From Ranitomeya imitator (lineage: Eukaryota), in contig NC_091291.1 in the NCBI RefSeq assembly GCF_032444005.1, positions 20,336,001-20,400,000 on the forward strand: DNA of 64,000 bases, read 5' to 3'. The translations under genes and the position numbers were made by a program. A model generated the notes under the pieces. It did not search any database. It saw only the letters and a list, made by a program, of their open reading frames with translations, and was not told the DNA's origin. This document shows positions 61,717 through 64,000 of this stretch, one piece after another. The number at the start of each line of letters is the position of its first letter. Position 1 is the first letter of the stretch.

Positions 61717-62150
61717 ATGCAGGCATTTGAGGCTAAAAATCATGTTTGCAATTGGGTTTCACTAAAAATATTGCACCATTTGGATTTCACAGGGTCTTTT
61801 GTTTCGCCCACATTCAACTTTCATGTGGTCTGTGGTCATACATCTGCTGAGAGGAGCTAAAAAAAAAGATTTAAAAAGTCATCGGCGGTGTCAGAAGACT
61901 AAACAGAGGCAAATGGTGCAAAATTGTTTTCATGAAACCCATACATGGTTCCTAATGGGACTAGAATAAAAAAATGTCACAGTTAAAAATAAAAATTATT
62001 TTTCGGTCGTCAGACCTGGTTCTCCAGTCCTCTTCTAGGTACCTCCGGTCCCCTTCCTTCATCACAGTGGTCTTCCATGTCCCGCGTGATGTCATGATGC
62101 GAATTAAATTACCTGACAGAATTCAAAGTGAATATGCCAATTTATATAGG

Positions 62151-63070
62151 ACTAGCTGAAGAGACCGACGTTGCCCGGGCGTAGAAACTAACTGACGTCC
62201 CGTATTCTCCCTCAGCAGCCCCGCCCTCCGTCCACCATCCCGCTGTCTCCTTCCTCAGCCTCAGTCTCTAATCGCCTTCCTGCATTCTCGCTCCACAGCC
62301 CCGCTCTCTCCCTGAGCAGCCCATGTCTCCACTGGCTGTCCCACTCTCCCTCCACAGCCCCGCTCTCCACTCGCCATCCCGCTCTCTCCCTCCGAAACCC
62401 AGCTCTCCACCCGCCGTCCCGTATTCTCCCTCAGCAGCCCCGCCCTCCGTCCATTATCCCGCTGTCTCCTTCCTCAGCCCCACTCTGTAATCGCCATCCT
62501 GCATTCTCGCTCCACAGCCCATGTCTCCACTGGCCGTCCCACTCTCCCTCCGCAGCTCCGCTCTCCACTTGCCGTCCTGCTCTCCACTCGCCATCCTGCT
62601 CTCTCCCTCCACAGCCCCTGTCTCCGCTGGCCATCCCGCTCTCTCCCTCAGGAGCCGAGCTCTCCACCCGCATCCCCATATCTCCCTTAACAGTCCTGCT
62701 CTCCACCGGTCATCAGGCTCTCTCCTTCCGCAGCCCCGCTCTCCACCCGCCGTCCCGCTCTCTCCCTCTGCAGCCCTGCTCTCCCTGCACCATCCGTTTC
62801 TATCCCTCCACAGCCCCGCTCTCATCCATGTCCCGCTCTCCCTCCACAGCCCCACTCTCTCCCTCCACAGCCGTGCTCTCTTCTCCACAGCTCTCTACAC
62901 GCCTTCCCACTCTATCCCTCTACATCCCCGCTCTCTCTCTCGCAGCTCCACTCTCCACTCACGTCCTGCACTTTCCCTCTGCAACCCCGCTCTCTACCCC
63001 CTGTGGGCGGGGCTATGCAAAGTGGCTTGATACATACACACACATACATGCACTCAGCTTTATATATATA
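62151..63070 (+). mobile_element. Non-autonomous Helitron/Helentron-like element filled by a C-rich minisatellite of about 36-40 bp
   Basis: Starts ACTAGCTGAAGAGACCGACGTTGCCCGGG and ends CACTCAGCTTTATATATAT. Internal CCGTCCCGCTCTCTCCCTCCACAGCCCCGCTCTCCAC-like units. Superfamily call is inference. Confidence 0.5.
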
Positions 63071-64000
63071 TATATGTATATATATATTTTCTCATCTTTA
63101 GTTGTAACATCTACAATAAAGTCATGTTGCCAATTATGGCAAACAGTGGCATATCTAGACTCTGATGGGCTCCGATGCAAAATTTAAGCCTGCCCCCTCA
63201 TACTGTAATAATGTCCCCTGCCCTGTGTTAACGTCACCCATCCTGATCCTCTTCTTGGTATAATATCTGAGATTTGACCCTTTCAGAAATTTGTGTCCCT
63301 CATCCTTGGCCCCTTCTAGTAATAATATCCCCCATCCTCATGTGATGTCCACATCTGTACCCATTTCAGTAATATATGTACGCCATCCTTGGCCCCTTCC
63401 TGATATAATGTCCCACCTCTTCAGCCCATCCTGTAATAATACTCTGTGTTTTACTGCTATTTTCAAACACATTAAAAAAAAAAAAAATTCTACTCTCCTT
63501 CATCTGCTCCCATGACACATGGCATTCTCTTCTTCGAGAGCCGGTGCAGAGGCCAGCAATTGACTTTAGCGTGTTTTTTATGGGCCATACACGACATACT
63601 GCTATGTGCCGCCTGTGACTGTCACGCCGATGTCAGCTGCCCCTCCCAGAGGGTCTCTGCACTACAATACATTTCATATGAAAATGCGGGACGCACATCC
63701 AGCTGAGTAAGCGTTGTCATCAGTGGATTCCACTCGTACATGGGAAGTGTTGCGGTCACTCCCTCTGCGACTGATGATAAACATAAAACTAATAAAAAAT
63801 TTTAAAAATTAAAAAGTAGTAGCATCTTAATATATATTTACCCTGTAATGTCTTCACATCCTGTTCCGTCCAGATGTGTCCGGATCCCAGAATTCCAAGC
63901 GGCGGAAGTTCACCGACCTCCATATTGGGACACCCAAGTGATGGGTGTCTCAATATGGAAACTGCTGGTGGTGCCAGCCTCTTGCATGGTACCACCAGCA

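Overview
Repeat-rich vertebrate genomic DNA, very probably a frog (inferred from the MITE, Tc1, L2 and satellite families). There are no prokaryotic features, CRISPR arrays, or rRNA/tRNA genes. The host content is a tandem cluster of three + strand, single-coding-exon class A chemoattractant GPCRs of the CMKLR1/GPR33 type: 13917-14927 (one premature TGA), 32101-33102 (intact, C-tail truncated) and 52691-53788 (intact). They sit among three arrays of one 86-bp satellite, a young full-length Ty3/Gypsy element (15676-23579; 889-bp LTRs, CTGT TSD, tRNA-Ser PBS, UUUAAAC frameshift site), an intact DD34E Tc1 (9961-11527), a Tc1 nested in another Tc1, two L2 LINE pieces, several MITEs and several minisatellites. 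The ORF track misses the two most interesting signals. (1) A complete type I hammerhead ribozyme lies in a 352-bp tandem monomer (retrozyme/Penelope-type) inside the intron of receptor 2, and about seven more decayed hammerhead motifs are scattered through the window. (2) A decayed minus-strand reading frame at about 37.65-39.4 kb has motifs that, from memory and unverified, are collinear with the C-terminal part of bornavirus L polymerase, making it a candidate endogenous viral element. Most short ORFs in the track are by-products of tandem repeats.
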